This document shows, piece after piece, positions 32,221 to 44,866 of a DNA stretch of 64,000 nt (its first letter is position 1; each line of letters opens with the position of its first letter). The stretch is from positions 19,220,001 through 19,284,000 of the forward strand of contig OX597818.1 of assembly GCA_951406725.2 (NCBI GenBank). The letters are read 5' to 3'. Both the position numbers and the translations under genes were made by a program. The notes under the pieces were generated by a model, which made no database searches, was not told the origin of the DNA, and worked only from the letters and a program-made list of their open reading frames with translations. The stretch is from Octopus vulgaris. Taxonomy: Eukaryota.

Positions 32221-32584
32221 AAGATCTAATAAGACGGAAACCTGACCGAATTATCGTCATGCTGTCGGGCGTGGATGAACCAGACTCATTTCCGAATATA
32301 TTTTAATTTCAATTCATTTTAATTAATTTTCTTTTACCCACAGCTAGGGACTTTACAGTGCCCCCTTGTACATATATACATTGCATATATACGCGCAACT
32401 ATGTATGCACACACGCTGTTTCTTTTACGCACACACACACATATATATACGTATGTGTTTATGGCAAAGAGGTTCACATGAACCAAAAAGAATACAGCAC
32501 AAGTGGTCCAAGCGAAATATAATTCGCTAAGTGTATTCAACATACAATTGTGAACAATTTTAAATTCAAGAAATTACACAATAT

Positions 32585-33186
32585 TCCTTTCTACACCAGG
32601 CACAAGGCCCGAAATTTTGGGGGAGGGGACCAGTCGATTAAATTGACCCTTGTACGCAACACGTACTTTATTTATCGACACTAAAAGGATGAAAGGCAAA
32701 GTCGACCTCGGCGGAATTTGAACTCAGACATACGAAATACCGCTAAGCATTTCGCACGGCGTGCTGCTTCTTATTTCTTTATTGCCCACAAGCGGCTAAA
32801 CAGAGGGGACAAACAAGGACAGACAAACGGATTAAGTCGATTATATCGACTCCAGTACGTGACTGGTACTTAATTTATCGACCCCGAAAGAATGAAAGGC
32901 AAAGGCGACCTCAGCGGAATTTGAACTCAGAACGTAAAGACAGACGTAATACCTACTTCTTTACTACCCACAAGGGGCTAAACACAGAGGGGACAAACAA
33001 GGACAGACAAACGGATTAAGTCGATTATATCGACCCCAGTGCGTAACTCGTACTTAATTTATCGACCCCGAAAGGATGAAAGGCAAAGTCAACGTCGGCG
33101 GAATTTGAACTCAGAACGTAGCAACAGACGAAATACTGCTGAGCATTTCGCCCGTCGTGCTAACGTCTCTGCCAGCTTGCCGCCTT
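32585..33186 (-). mobile_element. Cluster of three SINE B copies (nested or tandem)
   Basis: Repeated GAAAGGCAAAG.CGACCTC.GCGGAATTTGAACTCAGA units; head at ~33170-33186. Confidence 0.8.
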
Positions 33187-33219
33187 AGAAATTAGAAAAT
33201 AGTAACATTTCTTTGATAC

Positions 33220-33421
33220 TCGTCTAGTCATTAGGTGGCAGCCATGCTGAGGCATCGCCTTGAAGGACTTTTACTCGGATAGATCGATCCTAATGGTTTT
33301 TTATAATTTGTTTTTAAGCCTTGCACTTATTCTGTCGGTGTCTTATGCCGGGCCGCCAGGCTACGGGGAAGTAAACACATCAACACCGCTTGTCAAGCGA
33401 TGGGGGTAGGGGACAAACACT

Positions 33422-33462
<41 letters not shown>

Positions 33463-33490
33463 CCATATATGTATATATATGTATGTGTGC

Positions 33491-33532
<42 letters not shown>

Positions 33533-33695
33533 GACGGGCTTCTTTCAGTTTCCGTCTACGAAATCAACTTAGAAGGAGTTGGTCGGCTCGGGGCTAAAGT
33601 AGAAGATATTTGCCCAATGTACCTAGCAGTGGGACTGAACCCAGAACCATGTTGTCGAGAAGCAAACTTCTTACCACTCAGTTACACGTGCACCT
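33220..33695 (-). mobile_element. SINE family A, diverged
   Basis: Tail, body and head recognisable on the minus strand. Confidence 0.7.
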
Positions 33696-34048
33696 AAAAT
33701 TAAAAAAGAAAATAATAATGTGTTAAGGTATCTACTTCCGAATATTGTCACTTTGAATGCAACCACAAGTACATATTCCTAATTATCTAATTATGCAAAA
33801 ACTGACTCATGGACACACACACACACACATACAGATATATGCATAAGAACAGAAGCAATTAAGGTAGGGCAATTAAGGCAGTTTTGCATTAATTGTTGTC
33901 AATGGTTGAGAAACACAGAAATAGAAACACTATTTTTATTTATTGCGACAGAAGGAAACAAACAAGTTTCTAATCTGTTAATCAGTATGGTAAATAGAAT
34001 GACTGGAAGGTTCTAGTAGTAACTTGCTTAGTTGAAATCCGTAGTAGC

Positions 34049-34448
<400 letters not shown>

Positions 34449-34477
34449 ACATACACACACACACACATATATATATA

Positions 34478-35759
34478 TTGGGTTGTCCGGAAAGTTCGTG
34501 CCGATTTATATTAGTATACATTTCGACTTATTTTAGAACATGGTTGAGTCCATAAAATAGGATTTGACTACACCTCCGTTTAGAGCACAGTTTAAGCTAT
34601 CTTTTCGTGGAAGAAGGTTGATGTTCCTATAATCTCTGTTAATTCTGTAACCCTTTAAAGTGGAAGATAAGAAAGTTCATTTTCGGCACTTGATGCTTTT
34701 CTTTTTCTGTAAAGGGAAAAATGCCTCACAAGCAACCAAAGAAATATGCACAGTTTACGGTGATGTTTCTTTATCCGAAAGAACTGTACGGAAGTGGTTC
34801 GCAAGGGTCTGAGCTGGAGATTGTAGCCTTATTGATAAAGAGCGATCAGGCAGACCATCCACTACAGATGATGACCAAATCAAGTCATTAATTGAGAATA
34901 ACCCACACTGCACAACCTGAGAATTGGCAGAAAGCCTCAACCTATGAAATTCCGTCGTTCATGAGCACCTTGTAAAGCTTGGGTACACAAATCGCTACGA
35001 TGTTTGGATACCACATGAGTTGTGTGAAAAGAACCTTTTGGATCGCATTTCTATCTGTGACTCGCTTTATAAACGGAATAAAAACGCGCCTTTTTTAAAG
35101 TAATTTTTGACAGGTGATAAAAAATGGATAATCCACCGAAATGTTCAGAGAAAGCGATCCTGGAGTAAGCGACATGAGCCACCCTTTGCCACCCCAAAAG
35201 CGGGTCTTCAGTCTAAAAGAGTCTTGCTTTGTGTCTGGTGGGATTGGAAAGGAATTTTGTACTATGAGCTTCTCCCAAGTAACCAGACAATTAATTCTGA
35301 GAAATACTGCACACAACTGGACGAATTAAAAGAAGCTATTCAAGAGAAACGTCCAGAATTGGCCAATAGGAAGGGTGTTGTTTTCCAACATGATAATGCA
35401 AGACCGCACGTTTCTTTGGGAACCAGACAGAAATTGCTGCAGCTCAGCTGGGATGTGTTACCCTACCCTCCATATTCACCAGTTATTGCTCCTTCGGATT
35501 TCCATTTATTCAGGTCTCTGCAGAAGTCTTAATGGTAAAAATTTCAATTCATTGGATGACGTAAAAAGATACCTTGATGAATTCTTTGCCTTGAAAACAC
35601 TTCAATTCTGGGAAGAGGGGACTTTCAAGTAAAAGGAAAGATGGAGACGCTTTGTGCAACAAAATGGTTTATATTTGGTTGATTAAAAATGTAATGGCAA
35701 GTATTTATTGACCTTTTTCTTTCCTTTAAAAATCGGCACGAACTTTCCGGACAACCCAA
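34478..35759 (+). mobile_element. Full-length mariner (D,D34D) with inactivated transposase
   Basis: Perfect ~30-bp TIRs TTGGGTTGTCCGGAAAGTTCGTGCCGATTT, TA TSD; ERSGRP, WIPHEL, TGDKKW, HDNARPH, YSPVIAPSDFHLF; several stops. Confidence 0.95.
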
Positions 35760-36460
35760 TATATATATAATGTCAACAACACAACTAACACGGTCAGGAG
35801 CAACGGCGGTGTCAACGATGGCAATAACAACTACCACGTTGCCAACACCGTGGGCGAACACATATGCACAGAGAAATACAGGAACTGTACCAATTTTTTT
35901 CGGGTCTTAGGACAGCAGCAGCGCAATGGGGTAAGAGGATAAGGGTGAGGGGAAGGCCACGCTACTGCGAAAAATTATGACACACAAACAAACATACACC
36001 CACACACGCATGCACACACACACACGCATGCACACACACACACGCATGCGCACACACACACACACACAAACAAACAAACAAACAAGGACAAAAACGCATG
36101 CGCACATAAGGATACATATTCTAGAAGAACGGAATGGAGTAAGTTGAGCAAGAACACATGAAAACGAAAAGTGTCGCTGAAGAGGTCACAGATGTGTGAC
36201 GAAAGATTCCCGGACAATGGACATGAGTTTAAATAATAAAATAAGAACAATAATAAACGAGTGAAGAAAAATATATAGTGCGTGTGTTTATTTGGCAAAA
36301 AACAAAAATAATAATAACGAAAACACTATCCCTGAATACAACAATGTCTGTTTCAACACACGATTTCACATCAGAAATCTTGCAAAATGAATTGATAAAC
36401 GTATATATATATATATTATCCGAAATATATATGACTGCTCTCCATTATTCCCTTCCACAT

Positions 36461-36554
36461 CGGTTAACTCTGATGAGCGTAAGGTTATATAATCAGATTG
36501 TTACCTAACACTCCATCGATTTCTTTGCGTGAAACTTATTGGTGAGATCAGCCG
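36461..36554 (+). ncRNA. Probable type I hammerhead ribozyme with long stem II
   Basis: CTGATGA (36470), GCGTAAGG/CTTTGCGT stem II, GAAA (36531), CTTAT/GTGAG stem III, ATC, and AGCCG pairing with CGGTT; stems I and III are imperfect. Confidence 0.6.
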
Positions 36555-36656
36555 TGATGATTACATAATACTATATATTTCGGAAAATATACCCGCTCTA
36601 TTGAAAGATATACGAGTGCATCTTTTCCCTGACTTATGGTCTCTTACAGGACTCAT

Positions 36657-36695
<39 letters not shown>

Positions 36696-36724
36696 ATATA
36701 ATATAAAAATAATATATTATACAT

Positions 36725-36813
36725 ACATATGCTAAAACTGGAACGATACAGAGAATATTAGTATGGCCCTGCGCAAGGATGGCAGGCAAATTAGGGAAGT
36801 GTTCCATATTTTT
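36725..36813 (+). pseudogene. U6: U6 snRNA retropseudogene (5' stem-loop missing), fused to the LINE/SINE 3' tail
   Basis: ACATATGCTAAAACTGGAACGATACAGAGAATATTAGTATGGCCCTGCGCAAGGATGGCAGGCAAATTAGGGAAGTGTTCCATATTTTT matches metazoan U6 with about 10 differences in 90 nt; ACAGAGA intact, AGC triad mutated to AGT. Confidence 0.92.
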
Positions 36814-36870
36814 CTCAAGGCGGTGCCCCAGTATGGCTGCAGTTTAATGACTGAAACAAATGAAAAAAGA
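36814..36870 (+). mobile_element. LINE/SINE-shared 3' tail attached to U6
   Basis: CTCAAGGCGGTGCCCCAGTATGGCTGCAGTTTAATGACTGAAACAAATGAAAAAAG. Confidence 0.88.
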
Positions 36871-37779
36871 ATATGTATATATATGTACACACACACACAC
36901 ATACACACACACGCACACACACACACACACGTATACACAAACATATGTTTATGTATAATTGGTGTTAGAATTTAATGCAGAAGAAAATAAAACGATCTGA
37001 TAGGAAAAATTATGCAGTGAGAGAAAATTATATATATCAAAGGTCAATATCATTTTACTTATTTTGGCAAGTGAGGGAGACAACTGCAGACATATTTCTA
37101 TCTCATTAGATCTCTTAAGTGAAGTATAGTCCTCACCTTGGTCGTTGAAGTGTTGATGAAAGAATCAATAATACATTACAAGTGAGCTTGAACCTTGCTT
37201 GCTTGCAATGTTACCCAGCCAAACTGGCGCATCATGAGAAAATACTATGAATTAAGTTTCCCATGAAATGTTAATACGAACGGAATAAAACAAATTTCGC
37301 GTAAATAGGACAAGTGGTTTTTGAAATATTAGGGATTTGGGGGGTATAAATATCCAGAATGGTGCATAATGGGAAAATATTCCAAAAATAACTTAATCCT
37401 GAAAGGGAAGAAACTCTTACTTTTCGATTAGACAACGAAAAAATACAATTTGTTTTTACAGTAAACGTTTATATTTTCGCTTCTGTTAAACACAATATTT
37501 TAATCATTTAGAAATACTTTTAAGTGAATGTGATTTCAAAAATGTAAGTTGTTTGTACAGTAAGTATTTATATTTTAGCTTTCTTTAAACAGACTGTATT
37601 TTAATGTTTTTAATTATTATTTTGAAGTGAATATACCATTACAAATTTTTTTTCAGCATATTTAAAAAATATTTTAAAGTGAAAATGACCTTCAAAAATT
37701 CAGTAAATATTTCGTAACCTCAGTGTGAAATAAATTTTTCTATAGGTTTTTTCGAGTGCATTCAATGTATCTCACTTCC

Positions 37780-37898
37780 AAAGATTTGACTGCTATTTCT
37801 AACACGATCTCCTACCACGTAACAGCTATTTGCAATAAAGGGCTTGAAATACCTGTTACGTGGTAGCAGGGCGTGCAAGAAATAGCAGCCAAATCTTT
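37780..37898. repeat. Imperfect hairpin (~45-bp arms)
   Basis: AGATTTGACTGCTATTTCT...CTACCACGTAACAG is inverted relative to CTGTTACGTGGTAG...AGAAATAGCAGCCAAATCT. Confidence 0.7.
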
Positions 37899-38537
37899 CC
37901 TCTTCTGGGGAAAGGAGCCGTTTATTGGTGATCTCGATGTCACATTCGTTGAAAGCATTCGAAATAACCTGGAAAAGAAAAAAACCCACGAAGCAAAACT
38001 CCGTTGCTGAGAAACTCAGAGTTTCCCGGTGACCCAACGGATCACCGGTAGTTTAGTCATTAATAAATATTAAGTATTTGTATACTAGCTAGCGTGGATA
38101 ATTTCCATATTTTAGAGAATGATTTATTCACGCAAATTACTCAGGGACGTGAACAAATATACAATAGTTAAGCTGCTATTAAAGTATTTATTGCAGTCAG
38201 TATATAAAAACTGTTATCTTGCTGTTGGCCTGTAAGAGGCTGAGTACTCCACAGGTATGTGTACTTTTAATGGAACTCCCTGGCAGTATTTGCGTGATAC
38301 AATATCTGTAAAATCTGGACAGGTATCCGACAGGCTTCCAAACAGTTTACGCCTATGTATCTGATTTAATTCTCAAGGCTTGGCGGGACACTAAAAACTC
38401 TGCGAAAAACACCTGCCCAAAGTGACACGAAGTGGGATCAAATCCATAACTACATCATTATAAAAGGAACTTGTTAACCTTTCGACCATGCCTGCGCCAG
38501 TATTTCGATACTATTATTATTCAATTAAAAAAAAAAA

Positions 38538-38955
38538 CCGTGTGCTGGCAGAGTCGTTAACACGCTGGGCAAAATGCTCAGCGGTATTTCGTCTGTCTTT
38601 ACGTTCTAAGTTCCAGTTCCTCCTAGGTCGACTTTGCCATTCATCCTTTCGGGGTCGATGAAATAAGTACCAGTCGATGTAATCGACTAGCCCCTTCCCC
38701 CAAAATTTCCCTTGAGCCTAAAGTAGAAATGATATTATTATTCAGTTATTAAAAAAAAAGCGGTGAGCTGTCACGATCGTTAGCACACCGTGCAAAATGC
38801 TTAGCGGCATTTCGTCCGTCTTTACATTCTGAGTTCAAATTCAGCTGGGGTCGACTTTGCCTTTCATTCTTTGAAAGTCGATAAAATGAGTACCTGTTGA
38901 ATCGACTTAACCCCCTCCCCCAAAGCTGCTGGCTTTGTACCAAAATTTGAAACCA
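38538..38955 (+). mobile_element. Two tandem SINE B copies
   Basis: Heads at ~38538 and ~38760, each with B box and core. Confidence 0.8.
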
Positions 38956-39007
38956 TTATTATTCAGTAATAAAAGCAAAAACAAAGTATTTGCACACCAA
39001 CTAATAT

Positions 39008-39900
39008 TACGAGGTTTTTCGAAAGTAAGGCAAACTTTTTTATTATCGGACATGGGTCGTTCAAAGTGCACATGTTGGTAGAGTAACTCTTCCTCTGTAA
39101 TAACAAGTCCTCCTGCTCTTTTTGCATTGTAGGGAAATAATCTTTTCTACAATAGGCACAAGGCCTGAAATGTTTGGGAAGAATGGTACATGACTGGTAT
39201 TTATTTTGTCGATCCCGAAAGGATAAAAGATTAAGTCGACCTCTGAAAATAGAAAATAATGGGTTCCAAGTAGAAGCAAAGTGCCATCATTGAGTTCTTG
39301 AGGGAATGAGGGATGCAGGCTACTTGAAAGTTTGTTTATGGAGATGACATAACTGAGGAGAGCAATGTGTACAAATGGATGAAGGAGTTTAACCTGCATT
39401 GGAGATAGACCACATACTGAGAGACCATCAACTACGAGCTTGCTGTGCAAGTGGCCTATGGTCACAATGCTTTTCAAAAGATGGGTCAAATCTTTAAGTA
39501 TTGGAAAGTGTGTGCAAAATCGGTACCTCGGCAATTGACATGTGATTTGAGGATAGAGGTATGGAAGTCTTCTATAATCTGCTGATTGCACTTAAAACCA
39601 ACAAAGAGACGTTTGTTTCCAATCTGGTAAATATGATGAAACACAGGTATGTCTTTACGATCTCGAAACGAAGGCGCAGTCCACTGAATCGTGTCACACC
39701 GCTACTTCAAGGCTTAACTATTTCAAGAGTCAACGACCGACACAGATATTTAGAGTTTGCTTTTTGGTGAGATGACAAAGGTCTCGTTTACCTTGATTTT
39801 CTGGAATATGGTTTCCCGTGACTATTAAGTGGTACAGTGAAACGCTGAAAGAGTTTTGAAAAGCCATAAGGAATAAAGAAGCTGAACGAATATCTGAAAC
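39008..39900 (+). mobile_element. Decayed mariner with a SINE B fragment inserted (~39146-39245)
   Basis: TACGAGG terminus; AIIEFL, KVCAKSVPRQLT (WVPR motif), DETQVCLYDLETKAQSTE. Confidence 0.65.
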
Positions 39901-40075
39901 CGATCTAGATTTTCCTACTGACTTTTGTGTCTGATTGAAGGAAAGTGTCAAATTCGCGTTCGAGATGGAGTGTGCGCTTTTCATATTTTTTATATTCCTA
40001 TCTTTGTATGTTCTGGTTGTTGATCGACAAATGTCTTGTAAAGAGATTTCTTTAGTACTACAGTTTTATTTATTT

Positions 40076-40160
<85 letters not shown>

Positions 40161-40161
<1 letters not shown>

Positions 40162-40470
40162 AGAGGCACATGGCCTAGTGGTTAGAGCAGCGGACTCGCG
40201 GTCAAGGGATCGCGTGTTCGAATCTCAGACCGGGCGATATGTGTGTTTATGAGCAAAGCACCTAAGCTCCACGAGCAGAAGGTAATGGCGAACTTCTGCT
40301 GACTCTTTCGCCACAACTTTCTCTCACTCTTTCTTCCTGTATCTTGCAGCTCACCTGCGACGGACGGGCGTCCTGTCCACGTGTTCGAATCTCACGTAGG
40401 GAACCTATACGCCAAGGAAACTGGAAAACCGGCCCTATGAGCGAGGCGTGGCTCGAGAAGGAACAAACAA
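40161..40470 (+). mobile_element. SINE family C
   Basis: tRNA-like head GGCACATGGCCTAGTGGTTAGAGCAGCGGACTCGCGG...GTTCGAATCTC. Confidence 0.75.
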
Positions 40471-40519
40471 CAATATATATATATGTGTGTGTGTGTGCGT
40501 GGTATATATATATATATAT

Positions 40520-40574
<55 letters not shown>

Positions 40575-40580
<6 letters not shown>

Positions 40581-41057
40581 ATTGAAGAAATGGAGTTGAA
40601 CGAAGATTGAACAGAAATCGTTTTATTTCATTCTACACGTGTTTCGAAAGGCACAATTTACCAAATTCCGATTGAATAATGAGACCATATTGTGTCTTTC
40701 TCTTCAGGAAGAAATAGGAAATCCGTTGGAAAAAAAATCCGTTTTTTCCAACGGATTTCCTATTTCTTCCTGAAGAGAAAGACACAATATGGTCTCATTA
40801 TTCAATCGGAATTTGTAAATTGTGCCTTTCGAAACACGTGTAGAATGAAATAAAACGATTTCTGTTCAATCTTCGTTCAACTCCATTTCTTCAATTCACT
40901 AATAATATTAAAATTCAATCATCCGCACCAACGCACGGTTGCAACACCATATGGTTGTACCTCCAACCGTGCTGTCTTCTGCTGTGATTTTTGCTACCAA
41001 GGTATCGGTTAAACTTTTGATTAATCTGCAACAAGATTATTCATCTTTCTATTTCAC

Positions 41058-41062
<5 letters not shown>
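40575..41062. mobile_element. Fold-back element: ~160-bp-arm palindrome (40575-40901) plus ~160-bp unique extension, flanked by (TA)n
   Basis: Arms are identical by eye except one 1-bp indel; each arm carries an HHR. Confidence 0.9.
40762..40851 (+). ncRNA. Type I hammerhead ribozyme (mirror copy at 40625-40715, minus)
   Basis: TTC-CTGAAGA-GAAAGACACAAT...ATTGTGCCTTTC-GAAA-C-ACGT-GTA-GAA; 12-bp stem II with one mismatch, palindromic stem III loop. Confidence 0.85.
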
Positions 41063-41145
<83 letters not shown>

Positions 41146-42109
41146 TATACACACACACATATGTGTGTGTGTGTGGTGTGTACATATACCTGTACACATA
41201 TGTATGCATATATATATATGTATACACATATATAATACATACATATGTATACATGTACACATATATATATGCAAAGTGGATATATATATATATATTTGAA
41301 GTTTTATTGTGAGAGGGATGTCGTGTGACTGTTGTTCCAATTTTAGTGTAAATACTGCCGAAGCAAGTGTTAATTACCGCTGTTAATGCAGTGTTTCTAA
41401 AAAAAATTTTCTATCTTTCTGTGATATGTGTAAATATGTATTTCCTAGTTTAATTGTTTGATGAATTTAATTCCGATTGTGTCGTTTTGGTGTATTGTTT
41501 TTAATGTTTGTCTCTCGTTTTGATGAGGTTAATTATTTCTAGTCTGTGTTAATTATGGTAGTATCTGTTAGTACTTATAATGTTGGTGGATTCTGAAAAA
41601 CTCGGTTCTCTTCCTTGATGAAACTCATTCTATTGTGTTTTGTGTGAAACTGTTTTTGCTATGTACTTTGATGTACGAATGCGTTGCAGTTATAACAAGT
41701 GTTTCAAGAAAAGCTAAATAATTGTTTTCTCAGTAGTGGTAGTTGCTCTAAGTTTGTAGCTCAAAAGGTGATGTCTGGGGCAAAATGCCCTAGTTGTACG
41801 AGTGTGTTGCTGTGAATTGTTTATGAGATAAATGAAGTCTAATTATAACGGGATAATTTTACTTCTGTTGTTGCATTAGCTATTTATAAACCAAGAGCTG
41901 TTATGCGTATTGAACTCTAATAAAAGTATTCATGGATGTTAAGGGGCTGTAATAGACGTACAACTTGATGCGATGGTTTGTAGGGATGATGTTTGTACAT
42001 AAACTTTCGTCCAAAAAATAACTTTGGAAACCTTATTACATTAGTGTATTTCGTGTTTCTAGTTTATTTGCTTGTTTGTTTTGTTGGGTTTTTTTTATTT
42101 TAAGAGCCT

Positions 42110-42400
42110 GCAATTCTACTACTGCAGACGTGATTAGAATGCCGCAGGAAATCATCGCAAAACTGATTCTTGAAGCCGATCTAACTAGCAGGAGATTTAA
42201 GAGTAGACCAAGAGTGAGATGGTTGGACAATGTTCATCGTCTCAGCTGGTCGCACTTAGAATCCAGCAGGAAAGTGCAATGACGGTTGCTTTTAATAGGT
42301 CATTTTTGGAAGAGGTCCCTGAGCACTTAATTCGCAGGACCACAGTGACCTAGAACCCCACGATTCCACGTCTCTCCTAAGAATAATGGGTGGTGAAAAT
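42110..42400 (+). mobile_element. RTE (Expander-like) LINE 3' fragment
   Basis: VIRMPQEIIAKLILEADLTSRRFKSRPRVRWLDNVHRLSW resembles the RTE C-terminus. Confidence 0.6.
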
Positions 42401-43345
42401 AGATAGATAAATGGAATTGTGATATTTATACACTGAATACATGTTTTTATTCATATTAGAAGATCTTTCCCGTTGTGAAAAAGCCAGCCTAGTTTGATTT
42501 GGGTATAATATAGAATTGTGAATGTTTTATTTTATAATATTAAGAATGTTTCTCGAAATATTCGTATATGGATATCGTTAGGCACGACCAAGTGTTTTAG
42601 TTCCATAAAGGTGATTTCAATGCCATGAATGTTATTTTGTAGAAATTTCGGATTTTTTTTGTGACATGTTTACAAAATTTTTATTGCATGTTTTTACTGC
42701 ACAACTTTTTACGCCTTGGGGTATATGAAGTGTTTACTTTCGGTTTTGTTTTTTCTCTTGTACTGAGAGTCTCTAAGCGGTATCTAAGTGATATTTTCTG
42801 TATCTCATGCCTATGTCTAAGCCCTGGAATTTTGGTTATATATTTGTCTGCGTTTTAAAAAGTATTTCCCTATGCAACTTGTTATAAGGATAGTTTCTGC
42901 TTTAACCACTAACATTTTGGTTATTTCCATTTACAAATTTTGTATTTAGATAAGATCTTCATTTATGTGCAAGATGCATTATTGCCTGTTGGAAATTACT
43001 GGAAGACAATATCCTTCCTAGTGATCCTTGACAACCAAATCCGGCCTTGATCTCCCTGTCAGTGTGATTTGGTACACCTTTGAGTGTGATTGCTTTGTCA
43101 TTCCCTGAGGCCTTTTATGCTGCATGTTTATACAATCTCTTTTTTTTCTGGTAGTTCATAATGCTGGAATAACTTCCCGAGACCCCTAACTCTATCATGC
43201 ATGTAGATATGATCACTCTTTAGTGAGACTGGACAGAGAGGAAGAATTAAGGAATATCCTAAATAAAGGATATTAGATGTTATTAATTCTATGGTCGAAG
43301 AATTAAGGAATATCCTCAGTAAAAGATAATACTCGTTACCAGTTG

Positions 43346-43386
<41 letters not shown>

Positions 43387-43789
43387 ACGGATAATGAGTG
43401 GAAGTCCCAAGAGGAGTACAGGATAGTATAAAAGACAGATAAAGGCGTAAATGCATGAGGTGATAGAGGCTAACTGAGAAGGCGCCATGTGCATAGCTAT
43501 TCTAGAAACAGCTGTAAGGGACTTTAGGCATTATTTCTAAAAACCTTATTCTGTCTAACAATACTGCAATTATGGTTGAATTATAAATTACATGCTATAA
43601 AGTCATGCCACGTTTTGCTTGTTCATTCATTAAATATTCAAGCTGTGTACGAATGCTCTCCTCCCGGATTGGAATAAATATACCATGTACACGAAGGCCT
43701 CAAAAACCCATACGAATTGTTGTTTTTCATTGGATTAACTCTTACAGCTATCGAAGGATTACCAGATATTTTATTAAATTAGTGGGCTA

Positions 43790-44231
43790 TAAGCTCGCTA
43801 AAATATCAACAAGTTCGTCAATCGTTCGGCGATGGCCCTCCACAATCAGTTCATGCATTTTCATGATGTTCTTATTCGTTCGGGAAGTCGACTGTCGCCC
43901 TGGACGAGGTTGGTCTTCAAGCGACAAGTGACCGTTCCTAAAGCGTGGAGATCACGTGTTTTGCTCATGGTAGCATCCTCGTAAGCTGTTTGAAGCATGG
44001 CAGCTGTTTCGGTCGCCGTTTTCCTCAGGAGAAAGCAAAATTTCATGGAAACACGCTGTTCCTTTCTTTCAGCCATCGCAAACATCGACGAACAAGGGAG
44101 AAACACCTAAAGACGCCTGTCGGCAGACTGATGACTGGAGGTTGGAATTAAGTGGCTTCAAGCGGCGGAAGCCGGAACTACTACGGGCTTGTCCTACAGA
44201 GAACTTTTCCGGTTACTTTTGGGTACCTCCT

Positions 44232-44232
<1 letters not shown>
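43790..44232 (-). mobile_element. Mariner 5' fragment (TIR + HTH region)
   Basis: TA-CAAGGAGGTACCCAAAAGTAACCGG terminus; EQRVSMKFCFLLRKTATET..., LEDQPRPGR. Confidence 0.75.
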
Positions 44233-44270
<38 letters not shown>

Positions 44271-44272
<2 letters not shown>

Positions 44273-44401
44273 TTTATAATTATGAGTATAATTATAATTA
44301 GGGTTCAGCCAAAATTTTCAACTGCTATTTGTAAATTTCGGTATGTGGTGAAGCAAATTTTTGTTGAACCCTAATTATAATCATGTTCATAATTATAAAA
44401 T
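44271..44401. repeat. Imperfect hairpin (~47-bp arms) beside (TA)n
   Basis: ATTTTATAATTATGAG...AGGGTTCAGCCAAAATTT is inverted relative to AAATTTTTGTTGAACCCT...ATAATTATAAAAT. Confidence 0.7.
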
Positions 44402-44508
44402 GTTATGTATAAGTTAACCGATAATGGCTCTTTTAAGATACCGAACTACTTGGCAAAATTATTAATTATTAATTAATTAATTAATTTTATCCTTTATTAT
44501 TTTGGATA

Positions 44509-44595
<87 letters not shown>

Positions 44596-44727
44596 TCACA
44601 CATACATCTAGCATATATATGTAATATAATTTTTCTGAATCTTCAGATTTTTTCAACATGCTAGGCCACTGGTTTAAATTGATATTAATCAAATTAATAT
44701 TCAATTTTTTTAACCCTTATTATTTTA

Positions 44728-44758
<31 letters not shown>

Positions 44759-44828
44759 ACTCCTTTACTACTTTCCGCTTAAAGGCTGTGGCCACGCTGG
44801 GGCACCGTCAACAAACCATATAACGTTA

Positions 44829-44866
<38 letters not shown>

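Noticed and set aside
36725-36813. Functional U6 gene
   Set aside because: The 5' stem-loop is missing, the AGC triad is mutated, and upstream is microsatellite with no recognisable promoter.
40161-40240. tRNA-Arg-like sequence (and similar heads at 30170, 34380, 51980, 53995)
   Set aside because: These are SINE heads: no complete cloverleaf, and they continue into shared SINE bodies.
41300-43240. Possible decayed Penelope or RLE-LINE coding remnants (also 31690-31860)
   Set aside because: Only short motif hints (FLETLVI, RPDLVV); too degraded to call without an HMM search.
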